Positions 38,373-52,513 of a stretch of DNA of 64,000 nucleotides are shown in pieces. The stretch is from Euprymna scolopes (Eukaryota): the NCBI GenBank assembly GCA_053919585.1, contig CM132805.1; one strand, 5' to 3'. The notes beneath the pieces are model-generated. The model did no database searches. It worked only from the letters and a program-made list of their open reading frames with translations, and had not been told where the DNA came from. Made by a program: the position numbers and the translations under genes. How positions within the stretch are numbered: position 1 is the stretch's first letter; the number at the start of each line of letters is the position of its first letter.

Positions 38373-38447
38373 CTGAAATAATAAAAAAAGTATAAATATA
38401 ATTAGATACAGCATATATATATGATGACCCCCATTCAATAGAGACTT

Positions 38448-39410
38448 GAACGATAAAATTGTCACCCGTAAGAAAACAACACTAGGGCTTTATTTTTAAA
38501 CTTTTATGAAAATAATCAATTTAGGTAACTATTTAATTTAGCTATTCAATTTAGCTGTCTTTAGCCTCAATCACCGACTAGGTACAGATTCGGAACTTTT
38601 GCACAAGCGCCGGCTGGAGCTCGGCAAATGGCGGCAATCAGGCTGGCTTTGGTGTTGTTGGAGGTCATGTTGGCGATGTTCTCCACGTATGACCAAACGA
38701 AGTAGTCCAAGTAGGGGGAGGAGGGAGGCCATTGTTAGAGGAGTACAAAGTCTGAGCACTCCTTCTGAAGCCAAGCCCATGGTTTGCCAGCAGCCATCTG
38801 ATTGCATCAGGGGATCACTACACTCTTCAGCACATCGAGGTACACTGTTGATTTTAATTTCAAACTGACTTCGAAGATATGACTGGCATGATGTGGCACT
38901 CATTTGAAACCACACCAAAGACCATAACCGTGCCCGGAACCTTTGTTTTCTTCACCCTAGGCATCTCGCTGTTATTCATGGCAATCCAGAGATGGTTCTT
39001 ATTTTTATGCGTCTCGCCCTGGCAGAAATTCCTTTTGTTTGAAAAGAAGCAGAGCATGTTTGGCTTCTTGGGATGCTTCAGTTTGTTGAGCAACCTGATC
39101 GACTTGATTAGCCTGAGGCTCTTTGTTTTCTCAGTCAAGATCTGGCTTGTCTGGCGCTAATAGGGCCTACACTTCAAATCCTCCCTCACACATGCATTCA
39201 CAATTGTGTGCAAGACCCTTAAATCTCTGGCAATCTGTCAAATAGACAACTGGAAGTTTCATCAATGATTGCCTGAACCATTTCCGATGTCCTCGGTCTT
39301 GGGCTTCTGCTTCACCACCTCCAAAGGATCGTCCGATGAGTTGAACGGTACCCGAAAGCGTTGAACCGTCCGGATTTTCATTTTGAGGGTGCTGGCTATG
39401 GTCATGTTGA
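38448..39410 (-). mobile_element. Decayed maT/DD37D-like transposon
   Basis: KTKVPGTVMVFGVVSNECHIMP; homologous to 56494-57398. Confidence 0.75.
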
Positions 39411-39747
39411 TAAATACTGAAAATTTCATTAAAATTGGTTAATTTCCTGATTTTTTATGATTTTTTTAAGTAATGGGGGGGGGTCAAAATGTTTATACAT
39501 TTGGAGTATCGGAATTTATTTTGCCCGTACCTATGTATAGGATTGTTTATTTATTTATTTTTTTATAAATGATTATGTGATGTTTTTTTTTCCACTCCCT
39601 GAGTGCTTTAAAGGAAGAAGTTGTCTGCCATTGGTTTATATTGTAGTCGCCTCAACATTTTGGGACGTATTATTTATAATTAATTTAATATTTAAATATA
39701 ATTTTATGCACGTAGAAAATATTTAAATACATATTTAAATAATCAGT

Positions 39748-39833
<86 letters not shown>

Positions 39834-40349
39834 CAAACTTTGCCAGCATTGCCCGTTTGTAACATTCGCTTATATATGATATTTGGATTAATGCAGATTT
39901 TCTTCTTATTAAATTATATTGGGCCCAATATGGCAATGATTTAAAAGTTTAAAAAAAATGATTCGTTCGTCACTACGAAGAATCGAAACCAAAATGTTTA
40001 GCTTACGGTTTACATTTTCTTTGATGCCAATTTTTGAGTTATGAAGACATGTTTGATGCATGAGTAAAAATTAAAACGTGGACGAATAGCTATTACGTTA
40101 CGCATGCATATTCGTAGTGCCGACCATCACCTAGCCAATTCCATTTTTTTAAAATTTTACCACTTTTGCACCGATTTTCCCCGGCTAAAAGCCAAATATA
40201 AAATTTTGCATGGGTTCGAAAACCCTATATATTAAAGTTTCATGTCTATAGACCAAAAGCTGACAGAGGAGTTTAGTAGGAAATTGTTTTTAACAATATA
40301 TACGTATACATAAATATATACAGAAAGAGGTTTGTGTTAACTACAACCC

Positions 40350-41822
40350 CATCAGTTTGCCCTGTATTTAAGAATTCAGGTGATAAGTCATCTCCCTCTC
40401 AGTACAGACCAATAAGTCTCCTGTGTGTTATGAGTAAGTTGCTGGAATCCATATTAAATAGAGAAATAATCAACCACCTCAGCAGAAACAACATTCTTAG
40501 TGACACACAATATGGTTTCCGCTCTGCAAGATCTACCGCAGATGTGCTGACAATTATATCTCACAGGATTAGTGAATCTCTTGACAAAGGCTTCCTTTCT
40601 AGGGCAATTGCTCTTGACATATCAAAGGCCTTCGACAAGGTATGGCATAAGGGTCTACTTCACAAGATTTCCAGCTACGGTATCACTGGAAATGTTTTCT
40701 CAATCATTAAATCATTTCTCTCCGATAGGCTCATAAGGGTAGTCATCGATGGACAAAAATCAGGCCTGCAGTATTAATGCTGGAATCCTTCAGGGGTCAA
40801 TCCTGGGCCCAACTCTCTTCCTGATCTACATCAATGATCTTCCAAAACACATACTTAAATCATTCGTTGACATCTATGCTGATGACACGACCATCTACGG
40901 CAACACATCAAAGGCTGTAAATGAAAAAGTTCTCTCTGATTCTCTCTCCTCTGATCTCGAGCGCATGGTTCAGTGGGGGAAGACGTGGCTGGTTACCTTT
41001 AATGCATCTAAGACCAAACTCCTATCCTTATATCATCAACGCTCTGATCCCCATCTGGCATCAATTGTGATGGATGGCTCTCGTCTAAGGGAGGCCTCGT
41101 GTTTTGAAAAGCTTCTGGGTTTGACCTTTACTCCTGATCTGAAATGGAACACGTACATCAAGTCTGTTGCCAAGGTCGCTGGAAAGATGGTGGGATTCTT
41201 CTACCGCTCCACAAGATATCTCACTACTGATGCAATTCTCTATCTATATAAAAGCCAAGTACGTCCAAGGATGGAATACTGTTGTCATATCTGGGCAGGA
41301 GCTGCTAAAAACAGCCTATCCTGCCTTGACAGAGTACAAAATGGACTTCGTGGCTTTGTGGGGGATGCCCTTTTCTCTACCCTGCAACCTCTCTCCCACA
41401 GAAGAGACGTTGCGAGCCTATCCTTGTTTTATCGTTATTTCCATGGCAGGTGCTCGTCTGAACTCCAATTTCTGGTCTCCCCTCGGCAATCTTTCACGAA
41501 AAACACCCGTCTAGCCGAATCCACTGTGAAAAATCCCCCCACGCTTTATCTGTGCCTAAATCAAAACGTGGATTCCATGAACAAAGCGTCTTTCTTAGAA
41601 CTGCACGCCCGTGGAACTCTGTTCCGTCTGCATGCTTCCCACCGGACTACAACTTGGATGTCTTCAAGTCCAACGTTAACAAATTCCTAATGAACCGCCC
41701 CTTTAAGTAAACATTTCATCAAATCTCCACACTAATGTAATGTACTTGCAATAACCCTTATCCCTGAGTGGCTTCCGGGCCTTGATAAGTGGTGACCACT
41801 GTGTATAAAAAACAAAAAAAAA
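40350..41822 (+). mobile_element. 5'-truncated CR1-group LINE
   Basis: YRPISLL, QYGFR, LDISKAFDKV, QGSILGP, YADD. Frameshift near 40760; 3' UTR and A-rich tail. Confidence 0.94.
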
Positions 41823-43899
41823 CCTTTTTTCGCCAATATTACGCAAGTATAAATCATGTAGAATATCTGCATGAATATAATTACAAGTAATTGTTAACTA
41901 AAGATGATCATCTCTTAAGACAACCGGAAAAACTAATATGAAATTAAAATGAATGTTTAAAAGAATATGCACATTAGTTAGATCTTTTCAGATGAATGCA
42001 ATTCTAGGACCTATATAAAAAGAAGTTGTATTTTCTTTTTAAATAAATAGAAAAAGATTCGCCTTTTTCTTTTTTCTGTTATCAAAGTGTAGTATATGTT
42101 CTGACAGATACTGCTATCAAATAATATGTGGGGGCAACCCCACATATCAGACCATTGCTCTTGAGCAATCAGTGTTAGTCAATATAGGGGGAAACCCTTA
42201 ATACCAATTGTCACTAGACAGTTCCTTCTCGGGGGAGCTGGTCCCCTCCCCTCACTCTCCAAATTAAAAAAAACGCCTTGTGCCTAATTTGCTCAGTGGG
42301 GAAGCAAATAAATAACTAAATAAATAAAAAAAAAGTTTACATTTTTTGTTTTTCTTGGCCTTCAGGCCGAGATAAAATATTTTTAAGTAATTGGGCTCTA
42401 AGTAGGACGTCCCGCAGTACTAAAAGGTGAATGCGGTATAATGGTGAAAGAAGATACTAGCTTAGAGAAACTTTTGTTCAGTTCTGGATTGACAAGGATG
42501 ATTGACAAGGATGACCAACGACCCCCCAACCCGACCTTTTGAGTTGGCCTTGTGCCCAAGTTTTTCTCCAGTTTGAACTTGCGTTGTAATTTTAGCCCGA
42601 ATAAAAGATTCAAAATCTCAAAGTGTAGTATCTGTTTCGATGTTACTCTTAAGGTGATTTGTCTCGGTCAGTGGAGGGGACCTATACTGAGACAATTATT
42701 ATTTTTGGTCTCAACCAGAATGCTCCTTTTACCTTTTTTTTTCGGGAGCTCGTTTAACCACATATTAAAAACGACCTTGTGTCACATTTTGCTTTTGTGG
42801 GGAAGCAAATAAATACTAATAGAAAAAAAGTTTTTATATGAATATTAATACAATTTTTTTTTTTATAGGATTGTAGTCGGTAATCTATATCCATGATCTC
42901 GCAGAAACTATTATTCAGAAGATTATTATGTATGGTGATGATTCCACTGTTTATTCTCGTGTTATTTCTCGCTCAGTGGCTTCGTGCTTTGTCTGGGCCG
43001 ATTCACATAAGTAACAGTATTTCACAAGCTACCGATATTTCTTGTTTCCAAAGTGCATTGTATTCGAGAAGAATGTTCCGTATGCCTACTTACTCATATG
43101 AATGTTATATTTGCACTACCTCTTTGAAGAAACGTACACACACGTGCGTGTTTATTTTTTTTAGATATAAGATTATGTGAGAGTGATATAATGCTTTGAC
43201 ATCTGTTATGAAAAGCGATTTATTTACAATATGCTATGATGAAAGGCGAGAAGGTCTCCTAGAATAACTCAGGCGTAAAAGCTAGGGGCGAGTCGAACGA
43301 GCACGAGATGTCTACTGGCTTTGGTGAGCGCTCACTTTCTTTCTCCGTTTTGTGTATATACCCTTCCTCTTCACTCCCAAAAGTCGGTAACTTATGATTG
43401 GGGGGGGGCAAATACATGCATATAAATCTGTGAGTGTGTGTGATAACGTGAAAAAAGTTATTTTCTCAAAGCAAATTGAAGCTAAATATTCAAACGTTAA
43501 AATCTTTATCTCAATTCAAATTTGTATTAAACCATTTCCGGTGTGCAGACGTGTTTTTTTTTATGAACGTTCGAATCTCAATTAGCATCGCTCTATTACG
43601 TTTTTTCCCCCTTCTTTTATATTTGTGTATTATCTATATATTGATACGATAACGTGCGCGTTATTTTCTTTGTCACGCTTACATCCGAGTCGTTTAATTG
43701 TTATGAACTTCCATTTTTGTAATAAATAATTTTACCAAGAATTCTTCATGAGTTTTGGTTTCGGTTTCGATTATATCTGATGGCACTCCAGTAATCTATA
43801 TTTTTTTCTTGTATAAATAATTTAATCAAGAATTCTTCATAAGTTTTTAGTTTATGTTATAGCTGAAGGAACTAAAGGTGTACACCTAAACTGCGCCAA

Positions 43900-45265
43900 T
43901 TATCGCAGATTAGTGAAATATCAATATTTCACTAAATATACGTAACAAAAAAGATAAAAATTGTGTAATCAAATAACTGCTGTAAGGTTAGTTATTTCCC
44001 AAAATTTTATTCAAATTCACAGATATTCACAAAGTTATAACATTTTATTCTTTATCAAAGAATTTCCACTATCCATAGCTTTATTGCAGGTCTCTTAAAA
44101 TGTTGTGTTAGGGCTAAAACAAATGTCTAATCATGAAAACTTTACTTTTTATTATATTTTTCTGTCAAAGAATAACAAACAAAAGCACGTCCTAGGCGCT
44201 AAGCCTCAAATAAATGAATTATTTATCACCATATCCACCATTTTAAAAAAAAATAACTTTGAACAACCTTTTGTCCACCGAAGAAGTCAATTGTTTGATT
44301 TGAAAATTGCTCTCCTCCCTCGTAAACACCTCTTTTCAATATTGACCAGAGATGTTCAATGGGGTTAAGATCCGAATAACACGGTGGCCAGCTCATGATG
44401 GTTTCTCTAAAGAAGCCCATAGATTCAAGGAATGCTGCAGTCGCCCTAGCAGAATGGGATGGTGCATTGTCATGCATAAAAATCATCTGAAAGCGACGTG
44501 ACAATGGTAGGTCATCTAGCCATGGTGAAAAATGTTTATCCAAAAAGACCGTGTACGCATCGCTGGTAAGTTTTACACCCTCAAGAACTCGTAATGGTCA
44601 AATCAACTCATCACCAATGACTCCCGCCCAAAACATAATGCATCCACCTCCTTCAAGTATAGCACGGGTCTCATCTGTAAATAAGACATGTTGGAAATCC
44701 ATTTTCATGTAATTCTGTGCCCAAGCCATTCGTTTTTCCTTATGTTGTTTGCTCAATGGAGGCATTGGAAGAGGTTTGATGTTCCTTGCAATCTCATTTA
44801 ACACATTACATCCGGCCTATCTGGATTTGGAGCGACTCCATCTCTTGCAAAATAATGGAAGCACTGATGATGTTTGGGTTTCAGTTGACTTCTCTACGAA
44901 TTTTCCGTATTCTTTCTGGATTTAGTGTTGGGGTTGATCACGAATGAAGCCAGAGTCCTTGGATCTCATTCCAGCTTCGTAGCTAAATATTTGATAAACA
45001 ATTCTTCTGCGAGTCCAACAACAATCTTTTCCTTTTCGATAACCGTTAATCGCCCCTTTTTTAGCATTTTAAAAGACCTGCAATAAACCGATGGACAGTA
45101 TAAATTACTTAATAATAAATAAAATGTCATAACTTCGTTAATATCGCATGGATTTGAATAAAAGTTTGGGAAATAACTAACCTTGAAACAGTCATTTGAT
45201 GATACAATTTTCATTTTTTGTGACGTATATTTAGTGAAATATTGGTATTTTACTAATCTGCAATA
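43900..45265 (-). mobile_element. Decayed Tc1 element with long IR/DR-type TIRs
   Basis: Inverted ends of about 190 bp with TTA(T/C)(T/C)GCAG direct repeats. Fragments FTDET, IMFWAG, HDNAPSH and SDLNPIEHLW. Confidence 0.88.
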
Positions 45266-45802
45266 AAGCAATTTACATATATTTTCATAAAGAAAAATTC
45301 ATGCTCAATTCTAGAAGTTTTTGCAAAAATAAAATATAAAATAAAAAACAGATAAATCGGTATAGAAATCAGAACAGGGAAAAATAAGAAAATGTTATTG
45401 ACATAGATTTGCATTCTCTCTTACCCCTTTCATTAGTCAGTTCTGTACTCGTTAACTTTTGTGTGATTGTCTGCACATAATTCTCTTCATCACATACCTA
45501 TTACATGTCTTACGGCATATCAATCTTTTTCAAGTCATGTAATGCTAAATCTAGAGATCTTCTCCTTCACGTTATTTATACATTCAAATATTAATTCATG
45601 GTGCTCATTTCCGTTGTTTTGTATGGGAAAATTGTTTTGTTTTGTTTTTTGTTTTATTTCCAGAATATTATTGAGTTCTGTAATGAACACAATAAACACA
45701 ATAAAATCAATGTTTGATGCATTTTATGTCATGAAGCCGGTAACTTCACACAGCCTGATCTGGGAGCACCGGATAGCTTTTATGTGACCGGTCAAATTTA
45801 AA

Positions 45803-46423
45803 TAGTGGAGTCATTCTACCGCTCCAGTAGATATTTCACTGCCGATACAATTCTCTACCTGTGTAAGAGACAAGCACGTCCTAGGATGAAGTACTGTTGC
45901 CACATTTGTGCAGAAACTGCTAGAAATACCTTATCCTGTCTTGGCATAGTTCAAAATAGACTTCGTAGCCTAGTAAGGAGTCTCCTTTCCTCTTCCCTGC
46001 AACCCCTTTCCTACAGAAAAGACGTTGCGAACTTTTTTCTGCTCTACCGTTTTTTTTTTCATGGCAAGTACTCGTCTGAGCTCAACTCTATGGTCCCTTC
46101 TTGCCAAAATTTCCCGAAAAACACCCGTCTCGTTGAAAACACTATCAATAATTTCCTCCACTCTTTATCAGTGCCTAAACCTTAACATGGATTCCATGAA
46201 CAAATCACGACTTTGAAAGTCTCTTCTGTTTTAGTGCTTTCCAGCTGAGCAATATGGTCGTCTTCGCGAAATACGTAAACAAGTTCTTTAAGTAATTCAA
46301 TTTACCAAATTTCCACTACTAACGATTACTACGATATTGTCCCATTGACTACTGTACATTCATTAACTCTTATCCTCGAGTGGGCTCCGGTCTTGATAAG
46401 TGGTGACTTCTTTGTAAAAAAAA
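45803..46423 (+). mobile_element. CR1-group LINE 3' fragment
   Basis: RPRMKYCCHI...HSLSVPKP; 3' UTR and A tail resemble copy 1. Confidence 0.88.
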
Positions 46424-48133
46424 ATACACATTACTCTTTATTGTATAGTAGAGGATGCCTATTTTTGTCTTCCTGAAAGGACTCGCCGGGAAATGTAACA
46501 CTATTATAATATTATATGAATATTTTATTAACATATAAAACACTGGCGAAGCATAATGTTTTCCTACCGTTTGGACAGAGTGTAGTCACTAGTGTAATAT
46601 ATTAAATTATTTAATGTTTTAATTGTTTATGTTTACGTATATAGAGGTTTTACATAGACACCGTTTTATTAATATTGATTTGCATATCGTATTTGTGAAC
46701 ATTGTGTAAATTATGGTTCAGACATTAAAGAATGTAAAGAGACCGCATTCCTGGCTGTGAATATTTGTCGACTCGTTGTATAAACATTGCGATTTTGTTT
46801 CGTTTGTGGGGATTAACAACATATGCGTTTCAGAACGGTTAGACGTTGCCACGGTGTTGGAGAGAATTTGGTCACAATGTCAGTTCGTTAACGTTGCCAA
46901 AAATCTTAATCCTTGTGGGAGGGATTAAACTGCAAATAGCTGGGGGGGTTATGCTGAACACATCGGGAAAGAACACCCTTTGATCACTGAAAGGTCTATT
47001 CACGGGTCTGCGGTTGGCGACGCACTTCACCTTGCTTACGGCCACTAGGTTTGTCATGTCTTATATTGTAGCAGAATGCCAACCTTCTTTCAGCACCTTT
47101 AAAGCAATATGCGCAGTCACTGTTAAATAGTATTCCGGGCAACACTGGAATTATTGCTAGTTGTGCACACACGCATATGGAGCTGGCTGCACACACTCAA
47201 ATATTGTTGACAAATCTTCAAACCAACAAATGTCATCAAAAGTCATAACAATTGCAAGAAGAGTGCATAAGCTTTGAAATGAACATTCTTTAATTAACAA
47301 GTTTTGAAAACAGACATATTGAAATTTGGCCTTGAATGAATTTTATAAGGTCCAGTGTAATGCGATATGTAAAAACGAAATTCCTATCTAAATTTTTTGT
47401 AAATAAAAACAAATGCCAACCAAGGAAAAAGTCAATTAGAGAGAAAGGGCACCGAGACGACCAGTTGTCATTTTGTGTCACCCATCGCACTCCACCACGT
47501 CCCATCTCTTTCTCTCTCTCTCTAACTCTCTCTCTCTCTTTCTTTCTCTCTCCATAGCACATTGAGAAAGAATTGAATAGAAAATACACTGTCATTATTT
47601 TTTATGAACTTAAGTCAAGTGTTTCTTTGTGAAACAATTAATTTAATTATATTCGTCAAGAACTTGAAACTCTATTTAACAGATTAAATAGACGACACGG
47701 TTAAAAACTAAAGAACTACAGCATAATGTAACATCAACTCTTGGCCCTTTGATGGAAGAAACAAAATGCTGAACGACTCGCTCGTTTCATCAGATTCTTT
47801 TTTAATTCTCTCTTGATCGGTTACGTAATTCTGGCAATTGTTTTTAACACATGCCTCAAGTCTGCATAGGCAAAAATACGAACGATAAATCTATATAAAA
47901 TTGCTCTGTATTTTTCTGTCTGCGTCTGTCTGTCCCACTTTTTTCTCGGAAACTACTGGGCCTATCTAGCTTAAATTTTGTATGAACCGTAGTCATGATA
48001 CGGTACAGTTAACTAAGTATTATGCTCGATGCACGATTAGGAATTAATAGGGATTTATAAGGATTAGCCATAGCAATGACACATTTACACAAGAAGTTTG
48101 GCATAAAGCATTAATTTTAAGGAAACGGCTTAT

Positions 48134-48549
48134 TGTAACAGCAGCAGCAAAAGCCGCATAATACATATGCAAATGAGCGAGCTAGTGCGCGAAGTGACGT
48201 CACAGCGAAGGAAGAGAAGGGAAAGAAATGCACCAGGTGGCGATAATCGGGGAGAAAAAAAGCCTGGCGTGCCGGCATTAGATGGAAGCGTGCTTCAGTG
48301 GGAAACTTGAAGGGACGGCAGAGTTTTATTAATCTTATGACAGATGGAATGAACTGTAAAAGCCAAAATGCAAGCGTTGTCTTGGAAAATAACAGTAATA
48401 AATGTCCTTTGTTAAAACTGGAAAAAACAAAAGCGGAGTCGAATTTCTTCCTTTTGTTTGTTTCTTTACGACTGTTTCAGATACAACGTGTGGAGTCTGA
48501 GTGTTAAAATGTAACGACGCTGTTGAAGACGATTACCGACAACGTAACA
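48134..48549. mobile_element. Probable solo LTR
   Basis: TGTAAC...CGTAACA termini, imperfect 4-bp TSD TTAT/CTAT. Confidence 0.5.
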
Positions 48550-49183
48550 CTATAACTTTGGCCCATTTTTAACGGGAAAAAGTCTTGTCATGTCCTTGGT
48601 CGCTTTTATCGGGAGTAATAGGCTGTTAAATTACATCGTTTCGAATTAGCTTATTTCGAAAACATATGACAAGCTATTACCCCAGATGACTCAAGAGACA
48701 ATGCCTATAAATTTATTCCTAAACAAACACACTAAATAAATATAAACACTAATAAGAAGCTTGTGAATAAAATAAATTGATTGTTTTTACGAACAAGGAA
48801 TTCGTGTTATGGAGGAACACACAACTGACTTGAGTCAAAGATTTGTACGCTATCCTCTTTTCCCTGAAGCTTCGTTTAATGAACAGTGTTCAAGAGTCGA
48901 TCGATTTCTACTCCAGGCCCTGCACGGCCACATCGATAAAACCTGGGTACACCAAACAGACAATGAAATGTATAGTTTTAACATGAAATACTACACATTT
49001 ATGTGTGTATAGAATATGATAGAGCAAAGAGATATAATTGTTTCATTATCGATGGAAATCAAATAAGTAGGCTAATTGTCATTGATTGTGAGCAATACAC
49101 AGAAGTACATTCAAAAATAAAAATTTTTAGATAGCGATTTATTTAAACTATTATAAGTGACTAAATTATAATTTTCAATCGCC

Positions 49184-50206
49184 ATGGTTAAAACTAAGGA
49201 ACACAGCGAAGACGTCAGGAAGCTTGTTGTAGCATGCCATACCAATGGGGAGGGCTATGATAAGATTTCAAAGAAGCTAAACCTTCCCAAATCCACTGTT
49301 AGAGCCATAATAAACAAGTTCAAATCGCAAGGCCACGTTATGAGTTTAGAGGGTAGAGGGAGAAAAAGGATTCTTTCCCCAAGAGATGAACGGAAAATTG
49401 TTCGACAAGTAAAACAAAACCCAAGGATCTCTGTTGGGGAGATTGTTGATGAACAGAGCACCTCTGGAGTGAATGTATCTCGACATACAGTTGGTAGAGT
49501 TTTGAAGAGAGCTGGTTTAAAAGCATGTCGTCCGAGAAAGACTCCCTTATTGAAGCCTATGCACCTGAAAGCAAGGCTAGCCTTTGCAAAACGTCATATT
49601 GATAAAGATGTTGCATTCTGGAAACGTGTTCTATGGACTGACGAAACGAAAATAGAGTTATTTGGCCATAATAAAGTGTCTTATATTTACAGAAAATCTG
49701 GCGAAGCTTTCCTGCCTAAGAACACCATACCCACAGTGAAGCACGGTGGAGGCAGTTTGATGTTTTGGGGATCCTTTGCTGCCTCTGGACCAGGGCGACT
49801 TGTTAAGGTCACAGGTAGCATAAAAAAGGAAGATTATGTTAAAATATTGGATGAAAACCTGAAAGACTCTGCTAAAGAGCTCTCACTTGGTCGTCGTTGG
49901 TGGTTCATGCAAGATAATGACCCAAAGCATTCGGCTAAACTGACTAAGAAATGGCTTGAGGACAATCATATTAATGTTTTGGAGTGGCCATCACAAAGCC
50001 CAGACCTTAATCCAATTGAAAATTTATGGAGAACATTAAAATTGAGGGTAATGCAAAGGAAGCGTAAGAATCTTATTCAATTGGAGGATTATTGTCAGAA
50101 AGAGTGGGCTAAAATTACTACTGAAGAGTGCAACAACTTGGTTGTAAACTATGAAAAGCGACTGAGGAAGGTAATCAAGGCCAAAGGCTATACAACTGAT
50201 TATTAA
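49184..50206 (+). CDS. Intact Tc1-family DD34E transposase, 340 aa
   Basis: Paired-like HTH, GRGRK hook, WTDETK, VKHGGGSLMFWG, QDNDPKH, SPDLNPIE. Exactly 34 residues between D and E; no stops. Confidence 0.95.
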   Translation: MVKTKEHSEDVRKLVVACHTNGEGYDKISKKLNLPKSTVRAIINKFKSQGHVMSLEGRGRKRILSPRDERKIVRQVKQNPRISVGEIVDEQSTSGVNVSRHTVGRVLKRAGLKACRPRKTPLLKPMHLKARLAFAKRHIDKDVAFWKRVLWTDETKIELFGHNKVSYIYRKSGEAFLPKNTIPTVKHGGGSLMFWGSFAASGPGRLVKVTGSIKKEDYVKILDENLKDSAKELSLGRRWWFMQDNDPKHSAKLTKKWLEDNHINVLEWPSQSPDLNPIENLWRTLKLRVMQRKRKNLIQLEDYCQKEWAKITTEECNNLVVNYEKRLRKVIKAKGYTTDY

Positions 50207-50538
50207 ATAAATCGTGCCAATAATTTTGAACAAGGGTTTTTTGCAATTATGTTTGTTGTTCCTTTGTTATTTATTTTTTCTAAAATCCGATTGCTGCATC
50301 GGAAAGGCCAGTTAAAAATACATAATATACTTTGTTATTTTCTTTAATTTAATCCCTTTTTTAGAATTTATTAGACAAAATTTAACTTTTATTTTACCGT
50401 GCCAANNNNNNNNNNNNNNNNNNNNNNNNNNNNNNNNNNNNNNNNNNNNNNNNNNNNNNNNNNNNNNNNNNNNNNNNNNNNNNNNNNNNNNNNNNNNNNN
50501 NNNNNNNNNNNNNNNNNNNNNNNNNNNNNNNNNNNNNN

Positions 50539-52283
50539 TCTACTAATTTTTAATCTACAGGCTCGAAATTTGATATACAGGCTACTGAGATTTGGGAAAA
50601 TAATTGGGATCGGTTTTCGGCCTGAACTTTGGCGATTAAGGGGTCAAAATTCAACGATTTGACCTTTGAGAACTCTACCAAACTCCTCCGACAATTTTGG
50701 GTCTAATCACTTGAAATTTTAGATATAGATTCATTGGACATGAATCTAACTTAATAACTTGATTAGAGCCCAAAGCATTAAATGTTAAGGGGTCAAAGTT
50801 TTAAAAAAAATTACCTCTGCAGTCTCTTCCAAATTACTCAGACAATTTCTGATCTAATCATTTGAAATTTTACATAAAGGGTATTCAGAGATAGGGCATG
50901 CTTTTTCCTCGGTTTGGATCGAAAATTTTTAGTTACCAATATATAAATGTATGTATGTATGTTTTCATGTCTATCTAAAACTTTTGACAGAGGTGACGGA
51001 CTTTACCAAGATCAGTAGCGTTTTAAAGGTCGACCTATCATACGAGAAATATTGAAAAATTGGCTTCAACATTAATATCTTCACCTTCAACTAGGCACTT
51101 TTCTATTGGGTGGGGGGGCGCTTTTTTCGACGATATTTTTTAAAGTTATCCTCTCCTTTAGATTGTCTAGCCTTAATTAAAAAAAAATGTCACTTCCGGT
51201 TTGGCGGTGGTCGTTACAGCATAGACGTCAAGTTTTTCCCCCGTTCTTTTCCTCCTTCGCGGTACGGGTTCGAGCCTGCCTTACTAATACTTTTTTGTTT
51301 GCTTCTTTTTTTTTGCGCATAAGACACATCCAAAAACCTGGGCAACGCCGGGCTGAAATGCTAGTATATCTATAAAAGCGAAAGTGTGTGTGTGTGTGTG
51401 TGTGTGTGTCTGTGTGTCTGTGTGTCTGTTTGTCCGTGTACATTTACCTACGCAATAATTCTGTCAATTCTTCATTCTACAGACTTGAAATTTGACATAC
51501 AGGGTATTGAGGTTTGGGAAAAACTTTGTAATCCGTTTTCGGCACAAAATTTGCCTGTTAAGGAGTCAAAAGTCAACAATTTGCCCTTTGAGTACTCTAC
51601 CAAACTCCTCTGACAATTTTCGGTGAAAACAATTTACATTTTAGATACAGGTTCCTTGGACATGGATCTAACTATATAATTTGATTTGAGCCTAAAACAA
51701 TAAATGTTAAGGGGTTGTAATAGGGGTCAAATTTTAAAACAATTTTACCTCTGCGGTCTCTACCAAATTACTCGGGTAATTTCAGGTCTAAATATTTGAA
51801 ATTTTACATAAAGGTTATTCAGAGATAGGGCAACTTTTTTTTATCGGTTTGGGTCGAAAATTTGAGCTATAAATATATAAATTTATATATATACGTTTGC
51901 ATGTATGCCTAAGACTTTCGACAGAGGCAGCGGATTTTCACAAGATCAGTATCGTTTTGAAGCTCGACCCTTCAGACGACAAATACCAAAAAGTTGACTA
52001 AAAACATTAATTTCTACACCCTGAACTGGGCACTTTTCTACAGGGAGGGGTCGCTTTCTTTCGCTGATATTTTCGAAAGTCATCCCCTCTTTTCGATTGT
52101 TTAGCCTGTATTTAAACCTACGCCACTTACGGTTTGACGGTGGTCTTAACAGCAAAGACGTCGCGTTTTGCCCCGTTATTTTCCCCTTTATGGTACGAGT
52201 TCGAGCCTGCCTTCCTACTACCACTTTTTTGTTTTTTGCTCAACGCACACCTCCAAACACCCGAGTAACGCCGGGAACCCATG

Positions 52284-52287
<4 letters not shown>
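50539..52287 (+). mobile_element. Head-to-tail dimer of non-autonomous Helitrons
   Basis: Two diverged units of about 0.9 kb. Junction CCTGGGCAACGCCGGG...CTAG|TATATCTATAAAAGCG at 51364. The second unit ends with a hairpin plus TTAA. Confidence 0.82.
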
Positions 52288-52346
<59 letters not shown>

Positions 52347-52452
52347 GCACACATCCATAGACACATATAAGGACAATTATATACATATATACAAATTATA
52401 ATAGCTGATACTACCGCTACCACCACTACCTCTACTACCATGTATGTATATT

Positions 52453-52513
<61 letters not shown>

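Noticed and set aside
46760-47240. GC-richer stretch with short ORFs (likewise 14200-14560 and 42280-42830)
   Set aside because: No recognisable motif or termini; probably old repeat debris, and it needs a database search.
47770-47796. Minus-strand CTGATGAAAC motif as an HHR
   Set aside because: No stem II and no separate GAAA.
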